64,000 bases of DNA from an uncultured Verrucomicrobiae bacterium. GTDB taxonomy: Bacteria > Verrucomicrobiota > Verrucomicrobiia > Chthoniobacterales > Chthoniobacteraceae. The notes below the pieces were generated by a model. That model worked only from the letters and a program-made list of their open reading frames with translations. It was not told the DNA's origin and searched no databases. The translations under genes and the position numbers were made by a program. The stretch covers positions 32,001-96,000 of the forward strand of contig CAVYKI010000012.1 of assembly GCA_963769025.1 (NCBI GenBank). Direction: 5' to 3'. Positions within the stretch are counted from its first letter, which is position 1, and every line of letters begins with the position of its first letter. Below, in pieces: positions 20,303 through 30,226 of the stretch.

Positions 20303-21697
20303 TCAGGCCAGGTCGAGGCGGTTTTTCAATGCCCAAGTGTGCGCCTTGAGCGTGAGCTCGAACATGTTGAACGGCTTTCCGAGCAGGTCGCTCGCGCCTT
20401 TGAGCATGCCGCGCTCGCGGTTGTTTGCGGAATCGTCGCCGGTGACGAAGAGGATGGGCGTCCGGTCGTGCTTCGGCAGGGCGTGGATGCGGGCGCACAT
20501 GTCGAGCCCGCTCATGTCGGGCAGGCCGATGTCGAGCAGGATGACGTCGAAGGGATGTTCTTGGAGCAAGTCGAGCGCGGTGCGGGCGTCGGCGCAGCCG
20601 GTCGTGACGAGGTTCGCCGATTCGAGCGTGGCGACGATGATGGGGAGCAAATCAACGTCGTCGTCCACGGCGATGACGCGGGACTGCGGGAGCTTTTCCG
20701 CGCGGGAGAGGACATCGTGCGCGAGCAGCCGGGTGAGGAATTCGAACGTGTGCGCCGACGTCTGCACGGTGCGCTGGCTCACGGGACCGGAATGCTGAGC
20801 GGCGTCCTGGAGGAGCGCGTCGAGATGCGCGGTGACGGTCGCGACCGGGTGCTGGCCGAGGATCGCAGCGAGCTGGCACATCTCCTTCACACGCGAAATG
20901 ACCTCGGCGAATGTGTTCCGGTCCGAAGGGTGCAAGGCGAGGGTCGCCGCCTGGTCGCGGAGGATCGCGTTGATGTTGGCGACTTCGTAAAACGGTGAAT
21001 CGAGCGGCGGCGCAGGCAGCACCGCGAGCGGCGAATGGCCAATGCCCCCCTCCCCCGTGGGCGCCATGAACACGCTCTGCACGAAGCTTCCGCCGGAATT
21101 CCCGCCCGCGACGCGGCGCGCGACGTGCACCGTGGCGCCGCGCCCGGTGAGCACGCGGAGTTCGTGCAGTTCCTCGGCCAGCGCCTTGTTTTCCACCATC
21201 AGGGCGTCGCGCTGGGACACGAGTTCCTTCACCTGCTCGCGGAAGGCGCTCAGCTCGGATGTCGCGCCGCGCGTCATCAGCTTCACGTTGCCCAAAATGT
21301 CAATTTGGTTCTTCTGCTCGATGACCTTGGCGATCAGCTCGTCGTTCTGGCGGCGGAGCACGCCGACGTTCTTTCGCAGCGCGTCAGTTTCGTCCGGGAG
21401 GGCTTCCACATTGTCCGGCAGAAAGTCGCACTCCACCGTCCCGAGCACGAGCCGGCAGGCCTGTTCGAGGGCCGCCTCGATGAACATGACGCCGCCGATG
21501 TACGAGTGGTTCGTCGATTCGAGGTCGCGCATGACGTAGTGGCCGCCGACCTGGACGAGCTCCGCGTGATGGCCTGAAACCGTCGTGTGCCGGATCTGGA
21601 TGGTGTTGTCCGAATGCCGCCCGACGGTGATCCGTTCACCGCTGAGGGTGAAAGTCAGATCCCCTTCGTCGGGATGTCTTACGAGTAATTTGGGCAT
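20303..21697 (-). CDS. FHA + coiled-coil + helical bundle + C-terminal receiver domain protein
   Basis: FHA motifs VGRHSDN, VSGHHA, DLESTN; REC motifs VDDD, LLDIGLPDMSG, FVTG, KPF. Confidence 0.88.
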   Translation of the reverse strand: MPKLLVRHPDEGDLTFTLSGERITVGRHSDNTIQIRHTTVSGHHAELVQVGGHYVMRDLESTNHSYIGGVMFIEAALEQACRLVLGTVECDFLPDNVEALPDETDALRKNVGVLRRQNDELIAKVIEQKNQIDILGNVKLMTRGATSELSAFREQVKELVSQRDALMVENKALAEELHELRVLTGRGATVHVARRVAGGNSGGSFVQSVFMAPTGEGGIGHSPLAVLPAPPLDSPFYEVANINAILRDQAATLALHPSDRNTFAEVISRVKEMCQLAAILGQHPVATVTAHLDALLQDAAQHSGPVSQRTVQTSAHTFEFLTRLLAHDVLSRAEKLPQSRVIAVDDDVDLLPIIVATLESANLVTTGCADARTALDLLQEHPFDVILLDIGLPDMSGLDMCARIHALPKHDRTPILFVTGDDSANNRERGMLKGASDLLGKPFNMFELTLKAHTWALKNRLDLA

Positions 21698-21728
21698 GTG
21701 CTCGGCGCGGGTGCGTTGATTTCTGGAA

Positions 21729-21737
21729 ATTATAGCA
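21729..21737 (-). promoter_or_regulatory. Perfect extended -10 element (TGcTATAAT) upstream of the FHA-REC gene
   Basis: The reverse complement of ATTATAGCA is TGCTATAAT, 31 nt upstream of the ATG, in an AT-rich patch. Confidence 0.65.
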
Positions 21738-21830
21738 CATATAATGCCTGCACTGGATTAAGTATCGGCCTTCCCCACCTCCCGAGAGCCCAAGCCGCAA
21801 TTCACCAGCCCCGCGCCGCGAGCGCGCCTA

Positions 21831-22720
21831 GAGCGTGTCATGCACTTTGACGGAAGAGCGAGCCGAGCATGAGGGTAATGAAGGCCAGCCAGTGAAGGCC
21901 GGCAAAAGTTTGGGGCAATCGTTCGTAGTCCTTGGCCAGTCTGCGGAAGCGCGCCATCCAGGCGAAGGAACGTTCCACCACCCAGCGCCTGGGCAGGAGG
22001 ACAAACCCGCGCTTGGCCGTGCTGAGTTTGACCACTTCGAGCTGGATGCCCTGCGCTGCGGCGGCGTCCGCCGCGTCCCGGCCGGTGTAGCCTTGGTCCA
22101 CATACGCCAGCCCGACGCTCTGCCCGGTGGCTTGCTGCACTTCTTTGGCCAGCGCCTCGACTTGCGCGCGCTCCTGCTGGTCGGCGCTGGTCACGCGCAG
22201 CGCCAGCAAATGTCCGAGCGTGTCCACCGCGATATGCACCTTCGAACCCTTGCGCCGCTTGTGCCCGTCATAGCCCGCGCGCGCCCCGCTCTCGGGCGTG
22301 GATTGCACCGTCCGTCCATCAAGGACCACCGCGCTCGGCTCCTCCGCGCGTTCCAGGATCAAGCGCAGGATGCGCCGCAGGTCCGCCGCCATGTCCTCGA
22401 AAATCCCCGCCGCGATCCAACGCAGCGTCTGCTGCTGGATCGCCTGCCAGGGCGGCAGGTCGTGCGGCAGCATCCGCCACGGGCAGCCCGCACGCACCAT
22501 GTAACGCAGCCCGTTGAACACCGTGCGCAATGCATGCTTTCTCTGCGCAGCTTCCTCATTCATCAGCGTCAGGTACGGTGCGCAAAACGCCCACTCCTCG
22601 TCGGTGACGTCGCTCGGATACGTTTTCTTTTGGTCAGTTTTGTGTGCCATCCCGAGCCTGATGCCGGGATGTATTTACAAAGTACAGACCTTTCTTTCAA
22701 CCCAAGTGCATGACACGCTC
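21831..22720 (-). mobile_element. Complete IS5-family insertion sequence, 890 bp
   Basis: Perfect 17-bp TIRs GAGCGTGTCATGCACTT (21831-21847) and AAGTGCATGACACGCTC (22704-22720); TA duplicated in a CTAG target. Confidence 0.95.
21838..22650 (-). CDS. IS5-family DDE transposase
   Basis: YPSDVTDEEW, GCPWRMLPHDLPPW, VVLDGRTV, GYDGHKRRKGSKVHIAVDTLG, VDQGY, RWVVERSFAW. Confidence 0.96.
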   Translation of the reverse strand: MAHKTDQKKTYPSDVTDEEWAFCAPYLTLMNEEAAQRKHALRTVFNGLRYMVRAGCPWRMLPHDLPPWQAIQQQTLRWIAAGIFEDMAADLRRILRLILERAEEPSAVVLDGRTVQSTPESGARAGYDGHKRRKGSKVHIAVDTLGHLLALRVTSADQQERAQVEALAKEVQQATGQSVGLAYVDQGYTGRDAADAAAAQGIQLEVVKLSTAKRGFVLLPRRWVVERSFAWMARFRRLAKDYERLPQTFAGLHWLAFITLMLGSLFRQSA

Positions 22721-23761
22721 TAGCCTTTTTCGCCCCGGCAAATCCGCCAGACTTCGCGGGCCCGCGAGATGATCTGCTTCAGGACTTCGGGGGTCACCGC
22801 CTGCTTTGGGTCGTCGCCGATGCCCTTTGCCGGGCTGGATGTTGCACTCGATGCACAAGCCATCCGCACCATACGCGATGGCCGCCAGCGACGCGGCCGG
22901 GACATACATCGCTTTGCCGGTGGAATGCGACGGGTCCACGACGACCGGCGCCCATGAGCGCTCCTTGAGCAGCGGGACCACGCTTTCGTCCGGGTGGTTC
23001 CGGTAGCCATCGAGCCCCGGCTGCGTGCCGCGAGGGCAAAGCATCACGTTCGGGTTCCCGAATTGGACAATGTATTCCGCCGCCGAGATGAACTCCTGCA
23101 CGGACCCCATGTGCATCCCGCGCTTCAGCAGCACGCTCGTCTCCCGTCCGGCGATCGCCTGGCCGACCTGCCGGAGAAGGGCGTAGTTCAGCGAATTGCG
23201 CGTCCCGATCTGAAGGCAGTGCGCGCCTGCCTCGAGCGCGAGGTTGAGCTGTTCCTCGTCCATCACCTCGGTGTCCACGGGCAGGCCGGTCTGGCGGCTG
23301 GCCTCCATGAGGATGAGCAGCGCCTTCGCGTCGCCCTGGTAGCTGTAGGGATTCGTCCGCGGCTTCCACACGCCGCCGCGCAATGCATGCGCCCCGGCCT
23401 CCTTCACCGCGTGCGCGGTTTCGATGGTCAGGTTCGGGTTCTTCGGGTCGATCGTGCACGGTCCCGCGCAGAAAAACGGCTCCTTCCCCAGTTCGATCCC
23501 GCCGACCTTCACCCGGTGCGTCGAAAGGCTGGAACGGATGTCCATGAGCTTGTGCGGGCTTTGGATGCGATCCACGCGGTCCACGTACGGCAGTCCTTCG
23601 AGTTTGGTCACCATATCATCGTTTCGCTCGTCGCCGACGATTGCGTAAATGCACCGCTCCTGCCCCTTGATCACCATCACCTTGCTCCCATACGCCGTGA
23701 GGATGTCGGTCACTTCCTTGAGCTGCTCGTCGGAGAGCACGTTGACGTTGGGGATGATCAT
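22720..23761 (-). CDS. aroF: DAHP synthase (class I-beta, N-terminal regulatory domain); +1 frameshift near 22830
   Basis: AGPC, RGGVWKPRTNPYSYQG, LQIGTRN, VLLKRG, VVVDPSHSTG; corrected end GIGDDPKQAVTPE...GEKG*. Confidence 0.9.
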
Positions 23762-23902
23762 GGCCGGAAAAAATGGGTCGCGAAGCTAGCCGTCCGCCGT
23801 GCAGCGGCAACGGTTTTCTTCCTCCGCCGCCGGCTCGCCGGACAAAAAAGACCCGTGGCAGGGCCGGGATCTGCTTTTTGGAAAGCCAAATCTCCTACTC
23901 AC

Positions 23903-24169
23903 ATGGCGCGACAAATCAAACTCAGCGGCCGCGAACTCGGCGTGATGCGCACCATCGGCTTCGGCCTCGGCATGCGGGGCTCGGAGATCCAGGAACGCAC
24001 CCAGATCGACCCCGAGGACCTCTGCGATCTCCTCAACACCCTCCTCGACGTCGGCTATCTCGAGACGACGACGATGAAGGAACGCATCCCTTTTCTCGAC
24101 TACCCGACAGAGCTCTTCGAGATCAATCCCAGCTACGCCTCCGACCTCAAGGTCGCGATGCGCCGCTAA
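23903..24169 (+). CDS. Small hypothetical protein, possible winged-helix
   Basis: MARQIKLSGRELGVMRTIGFGLGMRGSEIQERTQIDPEDLCDLLNTLLDVGYLE; strong codon bias. Confidence 0.7.
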   Translation: MARQIKLSGRELGVMRTIGFGLGMRGSEIQERTQIDPEDLCDLLNTLLDVGYLETTTMKERIPFLDYPTELFEINPSYASDLKVAMRR

Positions 24170-25157
24170 GCACCGGCGCGACCGGGCCGTGCTCGGCGAA
24201 GAGCTGGCGGATCACATCCTCGACCGGCGGTTCCTGCACAGTCAGGTCCGTCACCGGAAAACGCCCCAGCACCTCGCGGCACACCTCCGTCGCCTTGGCA
24301 CGCGGCACGCGCAGCCGCACCGTGTGCGAAGTCTTTTCCACGATCTCGCCAAACGCCCCGAGGTCATGCGCCGCCGTGTCGCCAAACGTCAGCCCGAGGA
24401 TCTTGTGCGTCGCATAGCGCTCGATGACCCGCGCCAGCGGCCCATCGAAGAAAATCTTCCCGTGGTCGATGATGATCACCCGCGGGCACAGCGCCTCGAT
24501 GTCGCCCATGTAGTGGCTCGTGAGCATCGTCACGATCCCGTGGCCCTTGTTATACTCGCGGAGAAAATCGCGCACCTTCTGCTGCGAAGTCACATCCAGC
24601 CCGATCGTCGGCTCGTCGAGGAAGAGCACCTTCGGCGAATGGAGCAGCGCGGAAATCAGTTCCAGCTTCATCCGCTCGCCGAGGCTCAGCTCGCGCACCA
24701 TCACGTCCAGCTTGTCCTTCACATCCAGCATCTCCGTGAGCCCCCCCACCACGTCGCGGAACCGCTTTTCGTCGATGCCATAGATCGTCCGGTTCAACTC
24801 CAGTGACTCCCGCGCCGGCAGGTCCCACCACAGCGCATTCTTCTGCCCCATGAGGAGGGAAAACTGGCGCTTCAGCGCATCCTCGCGCTTCCACGGCACG
24901 TGGCCGAGCACGAGCGCGTCGCCGCTCGTCGGATGCAGCAGGCCGCTCAGCATTTTCAGCACCGTCGTCTTGCCCGCCCCGTTCGGCCCGAGGAACCCGA
25001 CGAACTCGCCCTCCTCGATCGAAAATCCCACGCCATCCGCCGCCCGCACCTCCTCGTAGTCGCGTTTGAAAAGCCCCCGCACCGCCCCCGCGAGCCCGGG
25101 GCGTTTCTTGTAAGTGCGGTAGATTTTCGTGAGACCGCTGGCAGTGATCGCGGGCAT
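24147..25157 (-). CDS. ABC-2-type transporter ATP-binding protein
   Basis: GPNGAGKTT, LSLGERMK, LFLDEPT, LTSH. Confidence 0.93.
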   Translation of the reverse strand: MPAITASGLTKIYRTYKKRPGLAGAVRGLFKRDYEEVRAADGVGFSIEEGEFVGFLGPNGAGKTTVLKMLSGLLHPTSGDALVLGHVPWKREDALKRQFSLLMGQKNALWWDLPARESLELNRTIYGIDEKRFRDVVGGLTEMLDVKDKLDVMVRELSLGERMKLELISALLHSPKVLFLDEPTIGLDVTSQQKVRDFLREYNKGHGIVTMLTSHYMGDIEALCPRVIIIDHGKIFFDGPLARVIERYATHKILGLTFGDTAAHDLGAFGEIVEKTSHTVRLRVPRAKATEVCREVLGRFPVTDLTVQEPPVEDVIRQLFAEHGPVAPVLSGASRP

Positions 25158-25460
25158 GCCCGCCAGTTACCGGAACGCGCCGCGCCAGCGCGAGGGGAAA
25201 TTTTCCCCGCCGCCCGCCAGGCACGAACCGTTTCCGGTTTGACTCAGCCCCCCGCCCCGCAACACTCCCCACCCATGACGCCTCCCCTCCCGCGTAGGCC
25301 GAGGAAAACGGAGCCCCGACTCGGTCCCCTCCGATGTTAGGCCTCTCCCCATGAACTTCAGCGAACGAGACCTGATTCAATTCCGGAAGGACGTCGAACG
25401 TATCCGGAGGCACGAAGCGAATCGTTTTTCCAGAGCCGGGTCGCCAGGAACCCAACCGAT

Positions 25461-25814
25461 ATGAACACCAAAAGAATAGTGCCTGACATCACATCGCACC
25501 GCATGGACGAGAGCCGGAAGTTTTATACGGAATTTCTCGGACTCGAGCTGGCGATGGACATGGGATGGATCCTGACGTTTGTATCGCCCAGCAATCCGAC
25601 CGCTCAGATCACGCTGATGCAGGCGCAGACGTCGGCCGTCCCGAATCCGAATGTATCCATGGAGGTCGAGGACGTTGATGCCGTGCACGCCAAGGCCGCC
25701 GCGCTCGGCCTGCCGATTGTTTACCCTTTGACGGACGAACCGTGGGGCGTTCGCCGGTTCTTCGTGAAAGACCCGAATGGCGCGGTGATCAACGTGATGA
25801 GCCATCGCCAATGA
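25461..25814 (+). CDS. VOC/glyoxalase family protein
   Basis: SRKFYTEFLGLE, SMEVEDVDAV, DEPWGVRRFFVKDPNG. Confidence 0.9.
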   Translation: MNTKRIVPDITSHRMDESRKFYTEFLGLELAMDMGWILTFVSPSNPTAQITLMQAQTSAVPNPNVSMEVEDVDAVHAKAAALGLPIVYPLTDEPWGVRRFFVKDPNGAVINVMSHRQ

Positions 25815-25853
25815 ACCGGCCTGACGCCGGGAGGTTCCCCGCGTCTCACTCGA

Positions 25854-26312
25854 ATGACACCTTATGAGCCACGCCCCATCCGGTTCCTCGACCTTTGGCG
25901 CGTGGACGACTGGCGCATCAAGCTCTACGGCATCGCCTACGCCCGTCCGCAGCCGCGTCCCGGGCTGGTGACGGCGGCCAGGCGCGTCGCATCGCAGCAC
26001 CTTCGCTCGTTGCCGGCCGGCCTCCGCCATTACCATCTCGGCTTTCTCGGCGTTCATGACGGCCGCACTTCCAACTTCGTCTTCCTCGACTTCTGGGCCG
26101 ACGAGAACGAACTCCATCACCATGTCTTCGTCTCGCCGGGTGCGCAGCCCGATCAGTTCACCTACGTCACGCCCACCGGCCTTTCGGCGTGCGTGTGGGA
26201 CCTGCGGCTCCAGGCATTCGAGCGCGACGCGTGGGTTGCCCACGTCTTGCAGCGCAGCGCGGCACCGGACTTCGACGGCTACCTCGCAACCACGCTCAAT
26301 GCCGATGTCTGA
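25854..26312 (+). CDS. Conserved-looking hypothetical protein
   Basis: 152-aa ORF with WRIKLYGI, WADENELH, CVWDL...FERDAW. Confidence 0.7.
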   Translation: MTPYEPRPIRFLDLWRVDDWRIKLYGIAYARPQPRPGLVTAARRVASQHLRSLPAGLRHYHLGFLGVHDGRTSNFVFLDFWADENELHHHVFVSPGAQPDQFTYVTPTGLSACVWDLRLQAFERDAWVAHVLQRSAAPDFDGYLATTLNADV

Positions 26313-26472
26313 GCACGTGGAAACGAGCCGCGACCGGCACGGGGCGGGACGCGCTCACCACATTCCGAAAGGAAAGCGCGTCCGTGAGCGGGCGGCCCGA
26401 CGGCGCTTGCGCGTCGGAGCGGTTGCGCTACTTACTCCGGGATGACTCGGCCAATCCCCCGGTGGAGCAACG

Positions 26473-28278
26473 ATGAGCTATAAGCCGATCGAGTCGTATG
26501 GCGTGATCGGCGACCTGCACACGGTCGCCCTCGTGGGGATGGATGGTTCCATCGACTGGTGCTGCCTGCCGCACTTCGATTCGCCCAGCGTGTTTGGGTC
26601 GATCTTGGACGACGAGAAGGGCGGATTTTTCAAAATCGCGAGCATGTTCGAGTCCGAGCACAAGCAGATGTACCTGCCGGACAGCAACGTGCTGGTCACG
26701 CGATTCCTGAGCAAGGAAGGCGTGGGCGAGGTGGTGGATTTCATGCCGATCCACGATGCGGCGCGGGGCAAAAAGGTTCACCAGATCGTGCGGGTCGTGC
26801 GGGCGGTGCGGGGCGCGGTGCGGTTCCGCCTCGAATGCAGGCCGGCGTTCGACTTCGCCCGCAAGCCGCACGAGATCATCCTCGCCGGCCGGGGTGCGAT
26901 ATTCGAATCCGAGGGGATCAAGCTGTCCCTCGTCAGCAGGTTCCCGCTGGCGCGGCAAGGGGACGGCGTGGCGGTGGAGTTCGTGCTGCATCCGGGGGAG
27001 ACGTCCACTTTTCTCCTGCAACAACTCGAGGACGAGCACGACGACGAGCTGCTGGAGACCCGCATCATCGGCACGGAACTGCTGACGCAGACGCTGGAAT
27101 TCTGGCGGCGGTGGGTGAAGCAGATCAAATACAGCGGCCGCTGGTGGGAGATGGTGCACCGCTCCGCGCTCATGCTGAAGATGCTCACCTTTTCCCCGAC
27201 CGGTGCCATCGTCGCGGCACCGACGTGCAGCCTGCCCGAGGAGATCGGCGGCGTCCGGAATTGGGACTACCGCTACACGTGGATCCGCGACGCAGCATTC
27301 ACCCTGTACGCGCTGATCCGGCTCGGGCTCACGTCCGAGGCCGAGCACTTCATGGGCTGGCTGGAAAAGCGGATCATCGAGGGCGCAAAGAACGGCCCGC
27401 TCCAGATCATGTACGGCATCGACGGCCGGCACAGGCTGACGGAAGAAACGCTCGACCATCTCGACGGCTACCGCGGATCGCGGCCCGTCCGCGTCGGCAA
27501 CGGCGCAGCAGACCAGCTCCAGCTCGACATCTACGGCGAGATGATGGACGCGGTGTATCTTTACGACAAACACGCATCGCAGATCGGCTACGACAGCTGG
27601 AGCCACATCCGGAAAATCATGGACTGGGTGGCGGACAATTGGGAGCGGCCGGACGAGGGCATCTGGGAAGTGCGCGGCGGCCCACAGCAGTTCGTGTATT
27701 CCAAGGTGCAGTGCTGGGTGGCGCTGGATCGCGCGCTGCGGCTGGCGCAAAAGCACAGCCTGCCTCTCGACCACACGCGCCTGCTCACGGAGCGCAACCG
27801 CATCTACGAGGCGGTGATGAGCAAAGGCTACAACCCGAAACGCCGGACGTTCGTGCAGTACTTCGGCACCGACGCGGTGGATGCCTCGAATCTCATCATG
27901 CCGCTGGTGTTCTTCCTCTCGCCGACCGATCCGCGGATGCTCGGGACGATCGACCGCACGATGTCGGAGCTGATGTCCGACAGCCTCGTGCACCGCTACG
28001 AGATCGGGAAGGGCGCCGGCGACGGACTCACCGGCAAGGAGGGCACGTTCAACATCTGCACCTTCTGGATGGTCGAGGCGCTGACCCGCGCGGGACGGCT
28101 GGAGGAGGCGCGCTTCGTCTTTGAGAAAATGCTGACTTACGCGAACCACCTCGGCCTTTTCGCGGAGCAGACCGGGCCGTGTGGCGAAGCGCTCGGAAAT
28201 TTCCCGCAGGCATTCACGCACATCGGCCTGATCAGCGCGGCGTTCAATCTCGACCGCAAGCTGGGACGCGAGGATTAG
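26473..28278 (+). CDS. Glycoside hydrolase family 15 (trehalase/glucoamylase-like)
   Basis: [32 protein letters not shown]...[10 protein letters not shown]. Confidence 0.93.
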   Translation: MSYKPIESYGVIGDLHTVALVGMDGSIDWCCLPHFDSPSVFGSILDDEKGGFFKIASMFESEHKQMYLPDSNVLVTRFLSKEGVGEVVDFMPIHDAARGKKVHQIVRVVRAVRGAVRFRLECRPAFDFARKPHEIILAGRGAIFESEGIKLSLVSRFPLARQGDGVAVEFVLHPGETSTFLLQQLEDEHDDELLETRIIGTELLTQTLEFWRRWVKQIKYSGRWWEMVHRSALMLKMLTFSPTGAIVAAPTCSLPEEIGGVRNWDYRYTWIRDAAFTLYALIRLGLTSEAEHFMGWLEKRIIEGAKNGPLQIMYGIDGRHRLTEETLDHLDGYRGSRPVRVGNGAADQLQLDIYGEMMDAVYLYDKHASQIGYDSWSHIRKIMDWVADNWERPDEGIWEVRGGPQQFVYSKVQCWVALDRALRLAQKHSLPLDHTRLLTERNRIYEAVMSKGYNPKRRTFVQYFGTDAVDASNLIMPLVFFLSPTDPRMLGTIDRTMSELMSDSLVHRYEIGKGAGDGLTGKEGTFNICTFWMVEALTRAGRLEEARFVFEKMLTYANHLGLFAEQTGPCGEALGNFPQAFTHIGLISAAFNLDRKLGRED

Positions 28279-28281
28279 CCT

Positions 28282-28767
28282 ATGCCCGAGCCGCTCACCA
28301 AAGCCACGCAACCCGGCTACCTCGGAATTACGGTCTCCGAGTGGATCAGGGTCCTCCACAGCAGCGACCCGCTTGATCGCCGCCTCGCCACCCACGCCCT
28401 CGCGGAGCTCGCCCCAGACGCAATGGAAGCAGTGCCGGCCCTTCGCGCAACGCTCGACGACCCGGTCGCCTACGTGCGCGTTTGGGCCGCGGCCGCCCTC
28501 GCGCGGATCGATCCATCCCACAGCGAATCGCTCGCAGCGCTCATCGCGGGGACCCAGGAGAAGATTCCTTTCATCCGCAGCCTCGCCGCGTGGCACCTCG
28601 GTCGCCTCGGCCCGGAGTTCCCCGGCATCGAGCACTCGCTCGCAGCCGTCCGCAAAATGCTCGGCGACGAAAATCCGAGCGCGTGCACGGAGGCCCAACT
28701 GGCGCTCCGGAGCCTCGAAGGCAAGGGTGCCCCGCCTCTGGAACTGTGGTCGCTCTCGAAGGGCTGA
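28282..28767 (+). CDS. HEAT-repeat protein
   Basis: AVPALRATLDDPVAYVRVWAAAALARI-type repeats. Confidence 0.8.
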   Translation: MPEPLTKATQPGYLGITVSEWIRVLHSSDPLDRRLATHALAELAPDAMEAVPALRATLDDPVAYVRVWAAAALARIDPSHSESLAALIAGTQEKIPFIRSLAAWHLGRLGPEFPGIEHSLAAVRKMLGDENPSACTEAQLALRSLEGKGAPPLELWSLSKG

Positions 28768-28819
28768 CGCGATCCCGCCGGTGCAACAACGGGCACTGCA
28801 AACGCGTCCGCCGCCCGAC

Positions 28820-29443
28820 CTACTGCTCCTTCCAGCGCGAAAGCGAAGCGCGGAGGATTTCCCGGGCCCGGTGAAGTCGCGTTTCGACGGCCTTCCTCGT
28901 GCAGCCGAGCGCGGCGGCAATCTCCCCGTAGCCCAGGTCGTGATATTCAAAAAGGAGCACGGCGGTCTTGAGTTCGTGCGGCAGCGCGCGGATGTGCTCG
29001 CGGACGGCATCGGCAAGATCGTCGCGTTCGGCATTGGCCGCCGGAGTGTCCCCGGGCGCCGGGACGGTGTCAGCAAGGCTCGGCGCGCCTTCCTCGGCCT
29101 CCATGGTGACGGTGGGATGGTGCTCCCGCCAGCGCGCCTGGTTGCGGCAGAGGTTCGCGGCGATGGTGAAAAGCCACGTGGAAAATTTTCCGCGCGGCTC
29201 GTAGCTCTCGCGGTGCTCAAAGACGCGGAGAAACGCTTCCTGCGTGAGATCGAGGGCGTCCTGTTCGTTGCCGGTGTAGCGAAGGATGAAGCTCGCGAGC
29301 GGATGCTGCCAGCGCTCCATCAGCGCATTGAGCGCGAAATCGTCTCCGGCTTTCAGACGCAGCATCGCCTGAGCGTCCGGGTCGCCGTTTCCCGCGGGGT
29401 CGGGAGTGCGCGGGCGGGCGGGAGACTGGCCGGCCGGTTTCAT
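28820..29443 (-). CDS. ECF (group 4) sigma-70 factor
   Basis: DALDLTQEAFLRVF, FSTWLFTIAANLC, YGEIAAALGCTRKAVETRLHRAR. Confidence 0.93.
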   Translation of the reverse strand: MKPAGQSPARPRTPDPAGNGDPDAQAMLRLKAGDDFALNALMERWQHPLASFILRYTGNEQDALDLTQEAFLRVFEHRESYEPRGKFSTWLFTIAANLCRNQARWREHHPTVTMEAEEGAPSLADTVPAPGDTPAANAERDDLADAVREHIRALPHELKTAVLLFEYHDLGYGEIAAALGCTRKAVETRLHRAREILRASLSRWKEQ

Positions 29444-29716
29444 TTTTCGGGTTTCGAATTCAAGGTCTCAAGGCTCGTGCCGGGCTCGACAACCGGCGTC
29501 CGCAGACTTGCGGGGAACTCGCTGAAATCCAAGGGGTTCATGCCCACATTTTACACCGCCATTCCACGGATCTCCTGCATTTTCATCTGCCGCCACAACG
29601 CCGCGGTCCGGAGTAAAAAAGTCCGAGGGTTTGGCGGCGTCTCCGGGGTTTAACGGGTTAGCGACCGGTTCACGCCGGGCGTGGAAAGCAGTCGAAAACC
29701 ACAGCAACCAACTCCT

Positions 29717-30007
29717 ATGAAAACATTCACCAAGTTTACGATAATCGCCGCAGCCCTTGCAGCATTTGCGAGCAGCGGCGCGCTCGCACACGAGCGTTAC
29801 ATGGGGCAGCGCCTCGCGTGGCACTGGGTCCACGGTCAATACACGCCTTTGTACGTGCCCGATACTCCAAAGACCATCGCCGTCTATGCAGGTCGCACGG
29901 GCATGAGCGACCGGACCATGATGGATCGCGAAACGCCAAGATCGCGCTTCGTCTTCCGCTTCAACGCGCACGGCGACCGCACCGGTTTCTACGTGTTCGA
30001 CAAGTAA
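29717..30007 (+). CDS. Small secreted hypothetical protein
   Basis: Signal peptide MKTFTKFTIIAAALAAFASSGALA. Confidence 0.75.
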   Translation: MKTFTKFTIIAAALAAFASSGALAHERYMGQRLAWHWVHGQYTPLYVPDTPKTIAVYAGRTGMSDRTMMDRETPRSRFVFRFNAHGDRTGFYVFDK

Positions 30008-30226
30008 GCAGTGTCCGACACGCGTAGGAGTAGGACTGTCCCAGCCGCCCATTGCAGGGCGGTTGGGCAGAATGGGATTTTGCATCGGCGCATGACGCCG
30101 GAGTGATGGCGGAGAGGTTTGGCTCCGAGGAGCGTCACGCGCCGGTCGTACGCCGCTTGCGTGGCGTTTTCAGGACAAAAGCAGCACGCCGTTGTTTCCA
30201 CTGAAATTTGTGCTAAACGGTGCGCC

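Noticed and set aside
26428..29220. 930-aa minus-strand ORF, and similar long ones at 44958-47396, 31191-33164, 42093-44027, 9208-11067 and 455-2071
   Set aside because: Shadow ORFs overlapping clearly recognisable genes; Arg/Ala/Pro-rich with no motifs, as expected in GC-rich DNA.
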